Source: an uncultured Planctomycetaceae bacterium (GTDB lineage Bacteria; Planctomycetota; Planctomycetia; Planctomycetales; Planctomycetaceae). From it: 64,000 nt of DNA. The translations under genes were made by a program, and so were the position numbers. Positions within the stretch are counted from its first letter, which is position 1; every line of letters begins with the position of its first letter. A model generated the notes under the pieces. That model did no database searches. It saw nothing but the letters and a program-made list of their open reading frames with translations, and was not told where the DNA came from. Location of the stretch: the NCBI GenBank assembly GCA_963815195.1, contig CAWFGE010000021.1, positions 64,001-128,000 on the forward strand. Reading direction: 5' to 3'. Positions 33,982 to 46,866 of this stretch are shown here, piece after piece.

Positions 33982-36900
33982 TCAATCGTCCAGCAAGAGG
34001 GCACTGTTGATGCTGCGTCCCAAAGCGCGGAACGTATACAGCCGATCGAGAATGTTGATCAGTCCATCGCCGTTGATATCCGCATCCAACGCGGGGCCGC
34101 TTTGTCCGTAGGCGGCGTTGATATTGGTCAGGTCGATGCTGTTGACGGTCCGATCGCCGTTGGTGTCTCCGAACAGGCGATAGAAGTTGAGATTCGTGTC
34201 CGGCGTGAGGTTGCCGTCGAGGTCAAGCGTGAGGCCATAATAACCATCCCCCACGTTGGAGTTGGGGTTCCCGCCGATGCCGGCCGCGCCGAAGTCGATC
34301 TGAATCGTCTGGCCGACGATCTGGATCATGGAGGAAGTCAGCGTCCGGGCCGTGCCGTTTCCACCGTTGAGGTCGAACTGCGTCAACTGGATGCGGTCGT
34401 TGGACGCGTCGGCGTCCGTCAGGCTATCGACAATCTCTTGCAGGCCGGTTGCCGTGTTGAAGGTGATGTCCAGATAGCGGACGTAGGATCGCTGCAAGGC
34501 CCCTTTCTGCACGTCGAAACTCACGACCTCAAGCGTTTGGGGAGCGGCAAACGTGGTGCTCACGAGCACGTCGGCGGGTGCCGAGGGAGCGGCTTCCACA
34601 TTCGTGTTGCCGTCAATACCCACCGTGTAGAAGCGGTAGGAATGCGAGTTTCCGTCCGCAATGGCTTGGTAGGTCAGCATGCCGGAATAATTCGCCACTC
34701 CGCCCGTGTTGACGGTGGCGACGTTCTGTGCCGCGCCCCCGTCAATCGACACGAACACATCGATAAAGGCCAGCTTGCTTCCGCCGGAATCGCTTCCGGA
34801 AAAGTTCACCGAGAAAGTCGCGGTCGCCGCGTCGACGGAGTCCACCTGTGTGAGTGGGAGGTCCAAGTCGGGCACGTAGGTACTGGCTTCGACGGCCGTG
34901 GGCTTGGTCTCGACATTGCCCGCCAAATCGCGAGCGAAACTCTGGAAGGCGTATGTGTGATTACTCTGAGCAGTAAAGAGAGAAACGGGGTTGCCGGCCG
35001 GCAGAGTAGCCCAGAGCGTATAAGCCCCGCCATCAACCGAGACGTAGACGTCGAACGCTGATAGCCCCGAAGGCGTCCCGCCGGTAAGAACCGGGTCGCT
35101 GCCGGTGACGCTCACGTCGAACGTGAGGCTGGTCGCCCGGCGAGGCAAAGCGTTGACTTGGCTGAGGGGGGCGATCGTATCCATCAACCACGAGTCCGAG
35201 GCCGACCCAAACCCGGCGTTGCCCGCCAAATCCGTGATACCCGTCCCGTCGACCGTCAACGTGTACGTCCCATTGGCCCCCGTGAGGATTTCCAAACCGC
35301 CGATGGTGACGAGGTTGGAATCACCAATCGAGGGTGTGAACGTCAGAGGCCCGGTTAAGAACTGATCGACGCCGTTCAGTGCAAGCGTGAGGTCGTCCGC
35401 GTCCAACGTGGCCACGTCGATCGGTTCGGAAAACAAAACCTCGACCGCCGAAACGCCGACATTCCGTGGATCGGGCGATATATCGAGGATGTCCAGCACC
35501 TGGGGCGGCGTGTCGTCGACAGCGACCGAGGCCGAGAACTCCGACGTATTTCCGGCGGCATCCGTGGCGGTGGCGGTGATCCATTCACCGGAACTGGTCG
35601 CGGCGGAGAGATCGATGGTGAAGTCCGAGTGACCGGCGGCATCGGTGACGATGATGGTTGAACCCAGGTACCGCTGGCCTTCCCCATCACCGCTCGGATC
35701 GGGGACGGAATTGGCATAGAATTCGATAAGGAACCCGCTATCGGGGGTGCTATCGAGGGCCCCCGCGGCATGAGTCGTCGCTCCCGGCCTGGCTGCGAGG
35801 ATCACCGGGAAGTTCTGCAGATCATTCGGCCCCGCGTCGGCGTCATCGGAATCGTTCGCCGTCACGCCATCGCTATCCAGGTCGATGCCCAGTCCGCCGT
35901 TGGAGTGGATCGAATTGCCCCGGATGCTGTTGCCGGTGGTGGTGGCCCCTGTGACTGCAACGCCGGAGAGGGTGTTAAAGGCGATTGTGTTGCCTTCCGC
36001 CGCGTCGCCGACAGCATCGCCGTTCGTGCCGATGACATTGTTCGCGGCCCCGGTTCTGATGCGCACGCCGGTCCCGTTCCCCAAGGCCAGCGTGCCGGTC
36101 ACGTCCGTGCCGATGAAGTTGCCGGCCACCAGGTTTTCTTCAGTGCCGCCATTCCCAAGTAGCACTCCTTCCGAAGTGTTTCCCGAGATGATGTTCCGCT
36201 CGGCTTGATCGTTTATTCCATCGCCGTTGGTGCCCACTCGGTTAAACTTGGGACCGCCTCCGCCGGCTCCCCCGACACCAATGGTCACACCGGCTCCGTT
36301 GGCGACCGCAGCCGTCCCGGTAGCGTCGGTGCCGATAAAGTTTCCGGCAATGACGTTGAAATTCGTGCCGGTCCCTTGCAAGTTCACGCTCCAAAGGACA
36401 TGGCCGGAGATCACGTTGCGTTCCTCAGCGTCGGCAATCCCGTTTGCGTCCGTTCCGATTCGATTGAATTGCGCTCCCCCGCCGATGCCAATATTGATCG
36501 TGGTCGAGGGACCATTGCCAAACGCCACACTGCCGGTGACATCGGTTCCAATAAAGTTTCCTGCCACAACGTTGGAGTCGCTTCCGTTGATACCGATGCC
36601 TCCGCCTTCATTTGCGGAGATGATGTTTCGCTCGTTTTCATTGTAGAGATCGTTGCTGCCATTGGTGCCAATGAGGTTTGACTGCGCCCCGCTGCTGATT
36701 CTGACACCTACCCCGCTGTTGCTCAGTGCGAGCGTGCCTGTCACGTCCGTGCCGATGAAGTTGCCCGCCACCACATTCTCATCGGTGCCGGCTCCCGTGA
36801 TCTCCACCCCATGCGAGAGATTCGCGGAAATCAAATTGCGCTCGGCGGCATCAGCCAAGCCGTCGCCGTTCGTCCCAACGCGATTGTCCTTGGCCCCGCC

Positions 36901-39900
36901 GCGAATCCGCACGCCGCGCACATTGCCTATGGCAATGGTTCCTGTGACATCCGTACCAAGAAAGTTCCCGGCGATCACGTTCGACGCAGCGCCATCGATT
37001 TCGACCCCCGCATTCGCATTTCCCGAGATGACGTTTCGCTCGGCAGCATCGGCAACGCCATCACCATTGGTGCCGACGAGGTTATTCGAGGCTCCCCCTG
37101 TAATCTTGACTCCGAAGTTCGCGTTCCCAAGGTCGGCCGTGCCCGTAATATCCGTGCCGATGAAGTTTCCGGCCACGATGTTGTCGTTTGCGGTCGTACC
37201 CAGGATATCGACGCCCGAATAAGCATTTCCCGAAATGACGTTTCGCTCGGCGGCATCCGCCACGCCGTCGCCGTTGGTGCCGATACGGTTAAAAGCCCCA
37301 GCGGAAATGACGACGCCAAACCCATTTCCCAGTGCCGCGCTGCCGGTCACGTCCGTGCCAATGAAGTTCCCCGCGACGATGTTGCGATCCGTGCCGGCGT
37401 TCTCAATGAGCACGCCATCTTCTCCAACGTTGGCAGCGATGATGTTCCTTTCGGCGGCATCCGCCACGCCGTCGCCGTCTGTTCCAATCACATTGAATTG
37501 CGCTCCGCCCGAGACCGCCACGCCGCTAAAGCTGTTTCCCAGGGCGAGAGTCCCGCTGGCGTCCGTGCCGATGTAGTTGCCGGCCACGACGTTGGCATCG
37601 GTGCCCGACACCCTGAATCCGCAGTCCGCTTCCCGCGTTCCCGGAAATCACATTTCGCTCTGCGGCATCGCCAAGGCCGTCGCCGTTCGTGCCGACAAGA
37701 TTCGACGAGGCACCGCCGATGATATGCACGCCCAGCGACGCATTGCCCAAAGCCGCCGTGCCCGTCACGTCGGTGCCGATGAAGTTCCCGGCGATGACGT
37801 TTTGAGTTGCTCCGGCACTGGAGATTCTCACCCCTTCATTCAGGTTTCCGGAAATGACATTCCGCTCGGCGTTGTCGGCGACGCCGTCGCCGTTGGTGCC
37901 GATAAGATTGTTTGGCGCATTATTAATCAATACTCCGTAACTGGAGTTCCCTAAGGCGACCATCCCGGTCACATCGGTGCCGATATAGTTCCCGGCGACG
38001 ACGTTGTTGGATCGTAGCTTGTTCTGCCAATGTCAACGCCGTGGCGATCGTTTCCTGAAATAATGTTTCGCTCGTCGGTGTCAGCGATGCCGTCGCCGTT
38101 GGTGCCGATGCGATTGCTTTGCGCTCCCTGCCAGATAAGGATGCCGTCGAATTGGTTTCCAAGATCGGCTAAGCCGGTCACGTCGGTGCCGATGAAGTTG
38201 CCGGCCACGACATTCTGGTCGCTGCCGGAACTCACGATCTCCACGCCGTGCAGTTGGTTCCCCGAAATCACGTTGCGCTCGGCGGCGTCCGCCACGCCAT
38301 CGCCGTTGGTCCCGATGAGGTTGGATTGAGCCCCGGTCTGGATGAGCACGCCGTTCGCCCCGTTGCCGAGCGCGGCGGTTCCGGTCACGTCCGTGCCGAT
38401 ATTGTTCCCGGCAACGGTATTGTTGTCGGTGCCGCTCGCAGAAATGACGACACCATAGCTGGCGTTTCCCGAAATGATATTTCGCTCGGCGTCATCATGT
38501 GCACCGTCACCGTTGGTGCCAATGAGGTTCCTCGCAGCCCCGGCGTTGATCGACACTCCCGGTCCACCGTTGCCCAGGGCATTCCTGCCGGTAACGTCAG
38601 TTCCTGCGTAGTTGCCAGCGACAATGTTCTGTTCGGTTCCCGCACCGTATAGAGACACTCCGTCCAAAGCATTTCCGGAAATCACGTTTCGCTCGGCGGC
38701 GTCGGCCACACCGTCGCTATCCGTGCCGATCAGGTTATTCTTCGCCCCAAAGCGGACCTCGACGCCATGCACGCCGTTCGCGACGGCGATCGTCCCCAAG
38801 GCGTCAGTCCCGACAAAGTTGCCGGCGACGATATTTCCGGTCGGTGCCGGCATCAGTGATCACGATGCCTCGCGCCACATTACCGGAGACGATGTTTCGC
38901 TCCGCGGCATCGGCCAGACCGTCTCCGTTCGTGCCGATGCGATTGCCTTGTGCACCAGCCTCGATAATAACCCCCGGCGCGACAAACTGTCCCGGCGTCC
39001 CATTGCCAAGAGCATTTCCCCCAGTGACATCGACGCCGATGTAGTTCCCGGCGATGACGTTGCTGTCCGTCCCTGCGCCATTGATGTCGATCCCTGCCAC
39101 CGCGTTTCCGGAGATGACGTTGCGCTCGGCGACATCACCGACACCGTCGCCATTGGTGCCGATGAAATTGTTCGTGGCCCCATTCGTTATCAATACTCCA
39201 TTCTTGCTATTCCCCAATGGCGCCCGTCCCGGTCGCATCAGTGCCGATGAAATTGCCCGCGACGACATTGTTGGTGGTGCCCGCGCTGAGGATGTCCACG
39301 CCGTGGCGATTGTTTCCTGAGATAATGTTGCGTTCCTCGGCATCACCAACCCCGTCGCCGTTGGTGCCGACGCGATTGCCTTGCGCCCCTTGCCAGACGA
39401 CCACGCCGTCGTATCGATTTCCAAGATCAGCCATGCCGGTGACGTCGGTGCCGATGTAATTGCCGGCCACCACATTATTGATCGTGCCTGCTCTGAGGAT
39501 GTCCACGCCGTGCCGATTGTTTCCTGAGATAATGTTGCGTTCCTCGGTGTCAGCGACTCCGTCGCCGTTGGTGCCGATAAGATTGCCTTGCATCCTTGCC
39601 AGACGACCACTCCATCGTAGGTGTTTCCAAGATCGGCCGTGCCGGTGATGTCAGTGCCGATGAAGTTTCCGGCCACCACATTCGCGTCACTACCCGCGTT
39701 GACAATCTCGACGCCATGCAAGCCATTCCCGGAAATGACATTCCGTTCGACAGTATCCGCCACACCGTCGCCGTTGGTGCCGATGACATTGTTCGCGGAC
39801 CCACCGGTAATTAAGACTCCGTCACCCATGTTCCCCAGTGCGACGGTGCCGGTGACGTCGGTCCCGATGAAGTTGCCCGCGATTGTGAATTGCCCCGCGG

Positions 39901-42762
39901 AGCCAACGATCTGTATGCCATCACGTCCGTTGCCGGAAATCAGATTTCCTTCGCTGACATCATTGATTCCGTCGCCATCGGTTCCAATAACGTTTAATAC
40001 GCCCCACTGTCGGAAAGCACTCCGTCATAGACATTACCAAGGGCGGCGGTACCGGTGAGGTCGGTGCCGATGAAGTTTCCTTGCACAAGCGTTCCCGTGG
40101 CACTCGATCCAATACCGACACCGTAGGCGTTGCCCGAACTGACATTCCGGTCCGCAGCCGAGGAACCGCCGATGATGTTCCCAAGCCCATTGGTGATCGA
40201 AATCCCCGTGTCCGCATTGCCCAGCGCGAATGTACCGGTCACATCGGTTCCGACAAAGTTCCCCGCGATGACATTGTGGTCCGATCCTGTGCTTTGAATT
40301 AGTACGCCACGATATCCGTTCCCCGAAATGATGTTGCGGCTCCGCCTCGTCTCCCACGCCGTCTCCGTTGGTACCAATGAGGTTGGACTGGGCCCCGGTC
40401 TGGATGAGCACGCCGCTCTCCCCGTTGCCGAGCGCGGCGGTTCCGGTCACGTCCGTGCCGATATAGTTGCCGGCGACGATGTTATAGGAGGTGCCCGTGT
40501 CGAGGATGTCCACGCCGTTTTGATCGTTTCCGGAGATGAGATTGCGTTCCTCGGCATCACCAACCCCGTCGCCGTTGCTGCCGACCCGATTATTCTGGGC
40601 ACCCATACCGATGAATACTCCATCCCCGGCATTGCCTACGCGAGTGTCCCGGTGGCGTCGGTGCCGATATAGTTTCCGGCCACGATGTTCCGATCGGTTC
40701 CCGCTCCTCCAATCGCGACTCCGATCGCCAGATTGCCGGAGATGACGTTGTGCTCGACGTCATCATGATTGCCGTCGCCGTTTGTTCCTATGCGATTGTC
40801 TGTCGCACCTGAGCCATTGGAGCCGCCAGCGTCGATCGCAACACCAGGACCGGTATTCCCCAGGGCAAACGTTCCGGTCGCATCCGTGCCAATATAGTTT
40901 CCAGCGACGACATTGTTGCTGGTTCCGAGGTTCTTTATGCCGATACCCCGGCCGAAGTTCCCCGAAATGACGTTGCGTTCCTGGATGTCGTCCACACCGT
41001 CGGCGTTGGTTCCAATCAGGTTAAAACTCGCTCCAGCTTCTACGTTGATTCCTGGGTTCACTCCGCTCCCGTTTCCCTGCCCGATGGTTCCCGTGGCGTC
41101 CAGGCCGACATAGTTGCCAGCAATCCAGTTATTGTTGCCCAGAATCTTGATGCCCACCAGGGGAAACTGGTTAATGGTCAAGCCGAAAACGGCATTGTTG
41201 TCCGACGTGATCACAAGACCATTCCCTCCGTTGCGCAGGCTTCCATCGAGAATGATTTCCGGCCCGAACGGATTCGTGTCGCCGGTGAATGCGGTTTGCG
41301 TCCGTCCGGCAATGGTGGTCCCGCCGTTGGGGTCGTTCAGCGCCGGCAGGTCGGTGAGTGGTTGGATCAAAAAGGCATCGGGAGCCGCGTCCCCGCCAGC
41401 CAGGCCGGAATCGACATCCACGAAATTTGCATCGGTGGTGGGGATGTTAAAGACGATTTCCGAATCGCCCGGGGCGGTGTTGGCATCTGTAATCGCCTGC
41501 CGCAGCGAACCGGCGCCGCTGTCGTTGGTGTTAGTGACCACGAACGAACTGGGCTCGACCGTGACTGCAAGCGGCTCGTAGTTGAGATAGGCTGGCAGCG
41601 TCAGTCCGTCGGATGCCGTGTTGATGAACGTATCGATGACGCCACCCGTCAGACCGTCGTAGCGGAGCACCTCGTTAGAACTCAAGCTGGAGACATAGAA
41701 GTTGCCGTCCGGTCCGAACACCATGTCGATCGGAGCATTCAATCCCCCGCTGCCGGAAGGCACGAACACGTCCAGGAAGTCGCCGGTCGCGCCGTCGTAC
41801 CGCAGGACGGAATCGGTGGCCCGGCTGGCGACGTAGAGATTGCCGTCCGGCCCGAAGAGCAATCCCTCGGGAAAATCCAGCCCGCCGCTGCCGGGAGGAA
41901 CAAAACTACCGAGAGCAGCCCCGGTATCCCCGTCGAACCGTTCCACGCTGTCGGTGACCTCGCTGCTGACGTACAAATTCCCGTCCGGGCCGAAAATGAG
42001 TCCTCGCGGATCGTTCAGCCCGTTGCCGGAGGCAAAGACGTCGATGAAGGCACCCGTCGCGCCGTCGTAGCGTAAAACGTTGTCAGTGATCGCGCTGCTG
42101 ACGTACAGGTTGCGATCGGGGCCGAAGACAACGTCAAGCGAGCCATCGAGACCCCCGAGCCCGGCGGGGACGAACTCATCGATGAAGGCGCCGCTTTGGC
42201 CGTCGTAACGCAGGACGTCGTCGGCCGCATAACTGGCGACGTAGTAATTTCCGTCGGGACCGAATGCAGCGCCCACGGGATGGCGCAGCCCACCGCTCGT
42301 CGAGGGAACGAACACGTCGATCAACGCGCCGGTGTCCCCGTCGTAACGCAGCACGTTGTGCGAAGTGTAACCGGGAATGACCAGGTCGCCATCTGCGAAA
42401 AGCGCATCGAATGTGCCGGTCTCGTCTGTCGCAGCAGCGCGGATGACGTGCGTGCTGCCAGCGCCGTGGAAGGTGTGCTCTACGGAGGACGGGTTGCCGG
42501 GAACGTTTTGCAACGGCGTTCCGTCGCCCCAGTTGATGGTCCACTGGGAGATCGTGCCGGCATTCAGCGTGGAGAGTTCGAGAGTGTATGGAACCCCGTC
42601 CGTGGTAGACTCGGCACCGCTGATGGTCGCCACCGGGGCGCCCGACAGCAGTGTGCGATCCTCGAGCACTTCCGCGGCCGTTTGCGGACGATTCGAGCGG
42701 CGGGCGGCGGGGCGGCGACGGGATGGCGAGGCGAGCGATTTGAGCCAGGGGGCGAGGAGCAT
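33982..42762 (-). CDS. Giant (~2900 aa) surface protein: LEPR-XLL signal, PKD-like, beta-propeller, ~25 beta-helix repeats, Ig/FN3-like domains, C-terminal dockerin; broken by several apparent frameshifts
   Basis: MLLAPWLKSL...EVLEDRTLLS; WTINWGDG; FGPDGNLYVSS repeats; VVTNTNDSGAGSLRQAI; repeated GNFIGTDVTG..LGN / NGDGVAD..ERNVISGN; GDTNGDRTVNSID...ADINGDGLINILD. The repeat register continues across ORFs 40636, 40034, 39994, 38804, 39207, 37969, 37526 and 33982. Confidence 0.85.
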
Positions 42763-43062
42763 CGGTGAGCCCTTTTCCGTCGGAATAAATGAAATTGGAA
42801 GTCTGAGTAGAGGGACCGAGGACAAATCGGGCAATCTGAGCCGATCGTGGGTCTTTTCCCTATGCGAAATTCCGGTTCCGAACCAGCCGGGAAAAATTTC
42901 TGAAATTCGCGGATTTGGAAAATTCCTGGTTTTCGCTTGATTTGGCTTCCCGCGCCGGCATAGTAGGAGGATTCCCGGCGGCGGCTGATGGGTTTGTTCG
43001 GCCGCATCCTTTTCCCAGCGTTCTCGTCCGGCAGCTTGCGCGGACCGGGTGGAGAAGCGTTT

Positions 43063-43659
43063 ATGGAGCACACGATTGCCGCCGCGCGTGACGGTTCCCG
43101 TGAAGCGCTGGGCCGACTGCTGGAGGACTGCCGGCAATACCTGCTGTTGATCGCCAGCCAGGAATTGCACGCGGACCTCCGGCCGAAGGTTGCCCCCTCG
43201 GACCTGGTTCAGGAGACGTTTCTCGATGCCCACCGGGATTTCCCCAAATTCGAGGGCCGGAGCGAAGACGATCTGCTAACGTGGCTGCGGCAGATTCTGC
43301 TCAATAACCTCCGCGATGCGACCCGCAAGTATCGGAAGCTCGCGAAGCGAAATGTGCACCGCGAGATCTCGCTTTCGGTGGGTGAGGGTTCGGCAGTCAT
43401 TGTCGTCAATCGACTTCCCGCGCCCAACGAGTCGCCCAGCTGGTTGGCGCGGCTGCGGGAGAAAAACCGCGAATTGCGCGAAGCGCTGGATCGTCTGAGC
43501 GACGACCACCGCTCGGTCATCATCGCCAGAAATCTCGAACTGCGGTCCTTCATTCAGATCGGCCGCGAGATGCAGCGTTCGCCGGACGCCGTGCGGAAGC
43601 TCTGGCTCCGGGCTTTGGAATCCTTGCAGCGGGAACTGAGGGAGTTCGATGAGCATTGA
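43063..43659 (+). CDS. ECF sigma-70 factor, planctomycete-type
   Basis: ARDGSREALGRLL, SDLVQETFLDAHRDF, WLRQILLNN, region 4 ALDRLSDDHRSVI...RSPDAVRKLWLRAL. Confidence 0.93.
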   Translation: MEHTIAAARDGSREALGRLLEDCRQYLLLIASQELHADLRPKVAPSDLVQETFLDAHRDFPKFEGRSEDDLLTWLRQILLNNLRDATRKYRKLAKRNVHREISLSVGEGSAVIVVNRLPAPNESPSWLARLREKNRELREALDRLSDDHRSVIIARNLELRSFIQIGREMQRSPDAVRKLWLRALESLQRELREFDEH

Positions 43660-46193
43660 CCGGCAAAACGAGGAACTGTGGTTGGCATCGCTGTTGGCGG
43701 GATTTCATGAGGCGCTTCTGAAAGAGGGTGCCGTCTCGGATCCGGCCGAGCTGGAGCGGCTCGATGCGTTTGGCTCCCAGTGGGAAGCAGCCCGTCATTG
43801 CCTGGAGCGGCTCGAATCGCTCCGCCAAGAAGTTGTGGTCGACCCATCGGACGCAGAGGAATCGACAATCGATTACCGCCGCCAACCCCGTCCGGAACAT
43901 GCCGAGGGTTCGATGGCAATCGACGCGGCGTTCGGAAAGATCGGGCGGTTCCGCTTGCTGCGGACCCTGGGCGCGGGCAGTCACGGCATCGTGTATCTGG
44001 TCAAGGACCCCGTGCTCGCGCGCGACGTGGCGCTGAAGGTTCCCCGTCCGGAAACATTGGCGTCGGCTGAACTCCGGAGCCGGTTTCTGCGCGAGGCCCA
44101 AACGGTGGCGGAGCTGGCTCACCCCAACCTGGTGCCCGTATATGAGGTGGGCGAGTTGGGGCCGGCCTGTTACATCGCCTCGCAATATTGCAGCGGTCCC
44201 ACATTGGCGACCTGGCGGAAGGATCAGGAGAGCCCCGTCGCAATCCGCCTGGCCGTCACGCTGGTGAAAACGCTGGCGGAAACGGTCGATTACGTCCATC
44301 GCCGGGGAATCCTGCATCGCGACATCAAACCCGCGAACGTGCTTTTGGCGCCGTTGCCGAACTCGGAATCGAGCGAGCCGTTTCCCTTCGAACCGAAACT
44401 CACCGATTTCGGCCTGGCCAAGTTGATGGACGGTTCTCCCGCGGCCACGCGAACCGGCGCCGTTCTGGGCACTCCGGCCTACATGGCCCCCGAACAAGCC
44501 CAAGGGCGAGGCGATCGCATTGGGCCGGCGACGGACGTTTACGCGCTGGGGGCGATTCTCTACGAACTGTTGACCGGGCGGCTGCCATTCGGCGGAGACA
44601 CCGACCTCGAAACTCTCCGGCAAGTGACGGAGTCGCGATTGGTTTCTCCGCGTTGGCTCCGCCGCGATGTGCCGCGCGACTTGGAGGCTGTCTGTCTGAA
44701 AGCGATGGATTTCGAACCCGACCGCCGCTACCAATCCGCCGGAGCCTTGGCCGAGGATTTGCGGCGGTTTCTGGCCGATGAGCCGGTTGCGGCTCGGCGG
44801 TCCGGCCCGTTGCGGCGGCTCACGAAATGTTTGCGGCGAAAGCCGGTGGTGTCCGCGCTGGCCATTTCACTCGCGCTGGCGCTCGTGATCGGGATTTCGG
44901 TCGTCACCTGGCTGTGGCAGCGCCTCCGAATCCAACTACAACCTGGCAGAGGAGAGTTTTCGCGATTCGCACCTGGCCATTCAAGAGATCCATTCGGTCT
45001 TATATGAGGGGGGCAAATATGATGATCCCCAATTCCAACCGCTGCGCATGGAAGTTCTGGAGACTGGGCTGAAGTATTACCGCCGGCTGCTGCAACATCA
45101 CGGCGACGACGAGGCCGTGCAGGCCGACGCCGCCGACACCCTTTACCAAATGGGCTTCATCTTGCAAACGACGGGTTCCAAAACGAAAGCGCTGGAAACC
45201 TACCGCGAATCCCTCGCCATCTGGGCACGTTTGGTGAAGCGGAATCCCTCGGAACCAAAGCACCAATACTACCTGGCAAAGACGCTGAATCACATGGGGC
45301 TTCTGCAACTGGAAATGGGAAAATCCGAGGAGGCGATCACCTCCTGGCAGCAGTCTCGCGAAGTTTGGAACACTCTCTGCGCCGACAACCCCGACAACGC
45401 CGGCTATCAGCGCGAACTGGGTTACGCCTATCACGCGCTCGCCGGATACGATCGCTCCACGAAACACTGGGAGTCGATGCGGGCGAATTCCGAAGCGGCG
45501 GGAACGATGTTTGAGAAACTTTCCCAGCGGGATTCGAACAATGGCGAACTCGCGCGAATGCTCGCGGCAAGCTATGCCAACATCGCCTATTCCCATGCCC
45601 AACAAGGTGATCCCCAACAGGCGACGGAATATCTCGAATTATCCCGGGACCTTTGCGAGGATCTCGTCCGCCGGAAGCTCGACATGCCCGACTCCGCCAA
45701 AACTCTCGCCCAAACCCTGCTCGCTATGGGACGCGTCGCGGGGTCCATGAAGAATCAGGACGTGGCGCGGCAATCGTACCAACGCGCCAATGAAATTCTG
45801 AGTGAGCTTCACCGACAACATCCCGCCACGACGACTTATCAACGCGACCTCGCCACATCCCATTGGCAAATGGCGCATCTCTTGCGAAACGAAACGAATG
45901 ATCTGGAACGGCGACGGCATCTTCATCAGTCACTGTTGCTGCGGCGGGAACTGGTTAAAAAAAATCCCGAGGACCTCGGCCGCCGGATTGAATTGGGACG
46001 TTCCCTGATCGACATGGCGGCAATCTTTCGAAAAGACGGCGACTCGAACAACAGCCTGAGCCTGATTCACGAAGCCGAGGAGGTGCTTGCGAAATGCCCG
46101 CCGGACCGAAGGCTTTGGACGAATGAGATCGAACGTTTTAAGCGCGGGCTGGAGGAGGAATCCCCGACTGTGTCGGCGCGGGACGGTTCTTGA
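43649..46193 (+). CDS. Membrane Ser/Thr protein kinase with C-terminal TPR-like repeats; apparent frameshift(s) near 44925-45010
   Basis: LGAGSHG, VALK, HRDIKPAN, DFGLAK, GTPAYMAPEQ, DVYALG, then a TM segment and TPR-like helices in ORF 45048..46193. Overlaps the ECF gene by 11 nt. Confidence 0.92.
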
Positions 46194-46414
46194 AATCGCC
46201 AACTTGGCACCTTCGTCTATCTCGGAGCGTGCATGCTCACGGCATTGCATGAGCAGCCGTGTCTTCGACGGCGAGAAATCAGGTTTGGGGATTCTTTCAC
46301 CCCGCGAAGTTCGGGGATTCTTGATCGACATTTTCGGCAGGCCTCGCATTCGGTAGAAACGCGTGCCGGTGCGGTTGGATCAGGTGGTTTTGCACTTCCC
46401 GGCGACTCGGGGAA

Positions 46415-46732
46415 TTAAATCTCCATTTGATAAAACACGACCGTTATGAGTGCAGCAATTGCAAAATGCGCAAATGTCGGCAGAATGAGCTTCCTAAAAA
46501 CCTCGCCAGAGGGCATGTCTCTCTTTGCCAACAGGGCACTGGCGGTTTGATTCGTTTGAATCAGCACAAACAAGCAGAGACTCAACATCGAAGCAACGAG
46601 CATAAGAATGCCGAGCAGCGTGAAGGGCTTGCTCGTCAACCCCCAAAGCCATGAGGAAATCCAGGCCGCTTGGCTCAATATCCAGATACTACAATACAGG
46701 ATCTTGCCACGACGATTTAATTGGTCCGGCAT
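46415..46732 (-). CDS. Small hypothetical membrane protein (3 TM)
   Basis: 105-aa hydrophobic ORF in AT-richer DNA. Confidence 0.5.
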   Translation of the reverse strand: MPDQLNRRGKILYCSIWILSQAAWISSWLWGLTSKPFTLLGILMLVASMLSLCLFVLIQTNQTASALLAKRDMPSGEVFRKLILPTFAHFAIAALITVVFYQMEI

Positions 46733-46866
46733 AAGAAATATTCTGCGGCCATTCGCGGCTCAAAAAGAGGCGGCCAAGAGGTCAATCTCAAATTCGGCGA
46801 TTTCCTTCACATCACCCGCCGACAATCTGACGCCAGCCCCGCCGATGGTGGTTACGGAGATGACGA

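Noticed and set aside
46740..46855. Possible aldo/keto-reductase C-terminal fragment on the minus strand (GGAGVRLSAGDVKEI)
   Set aside because: The match is too short to support without a database search.
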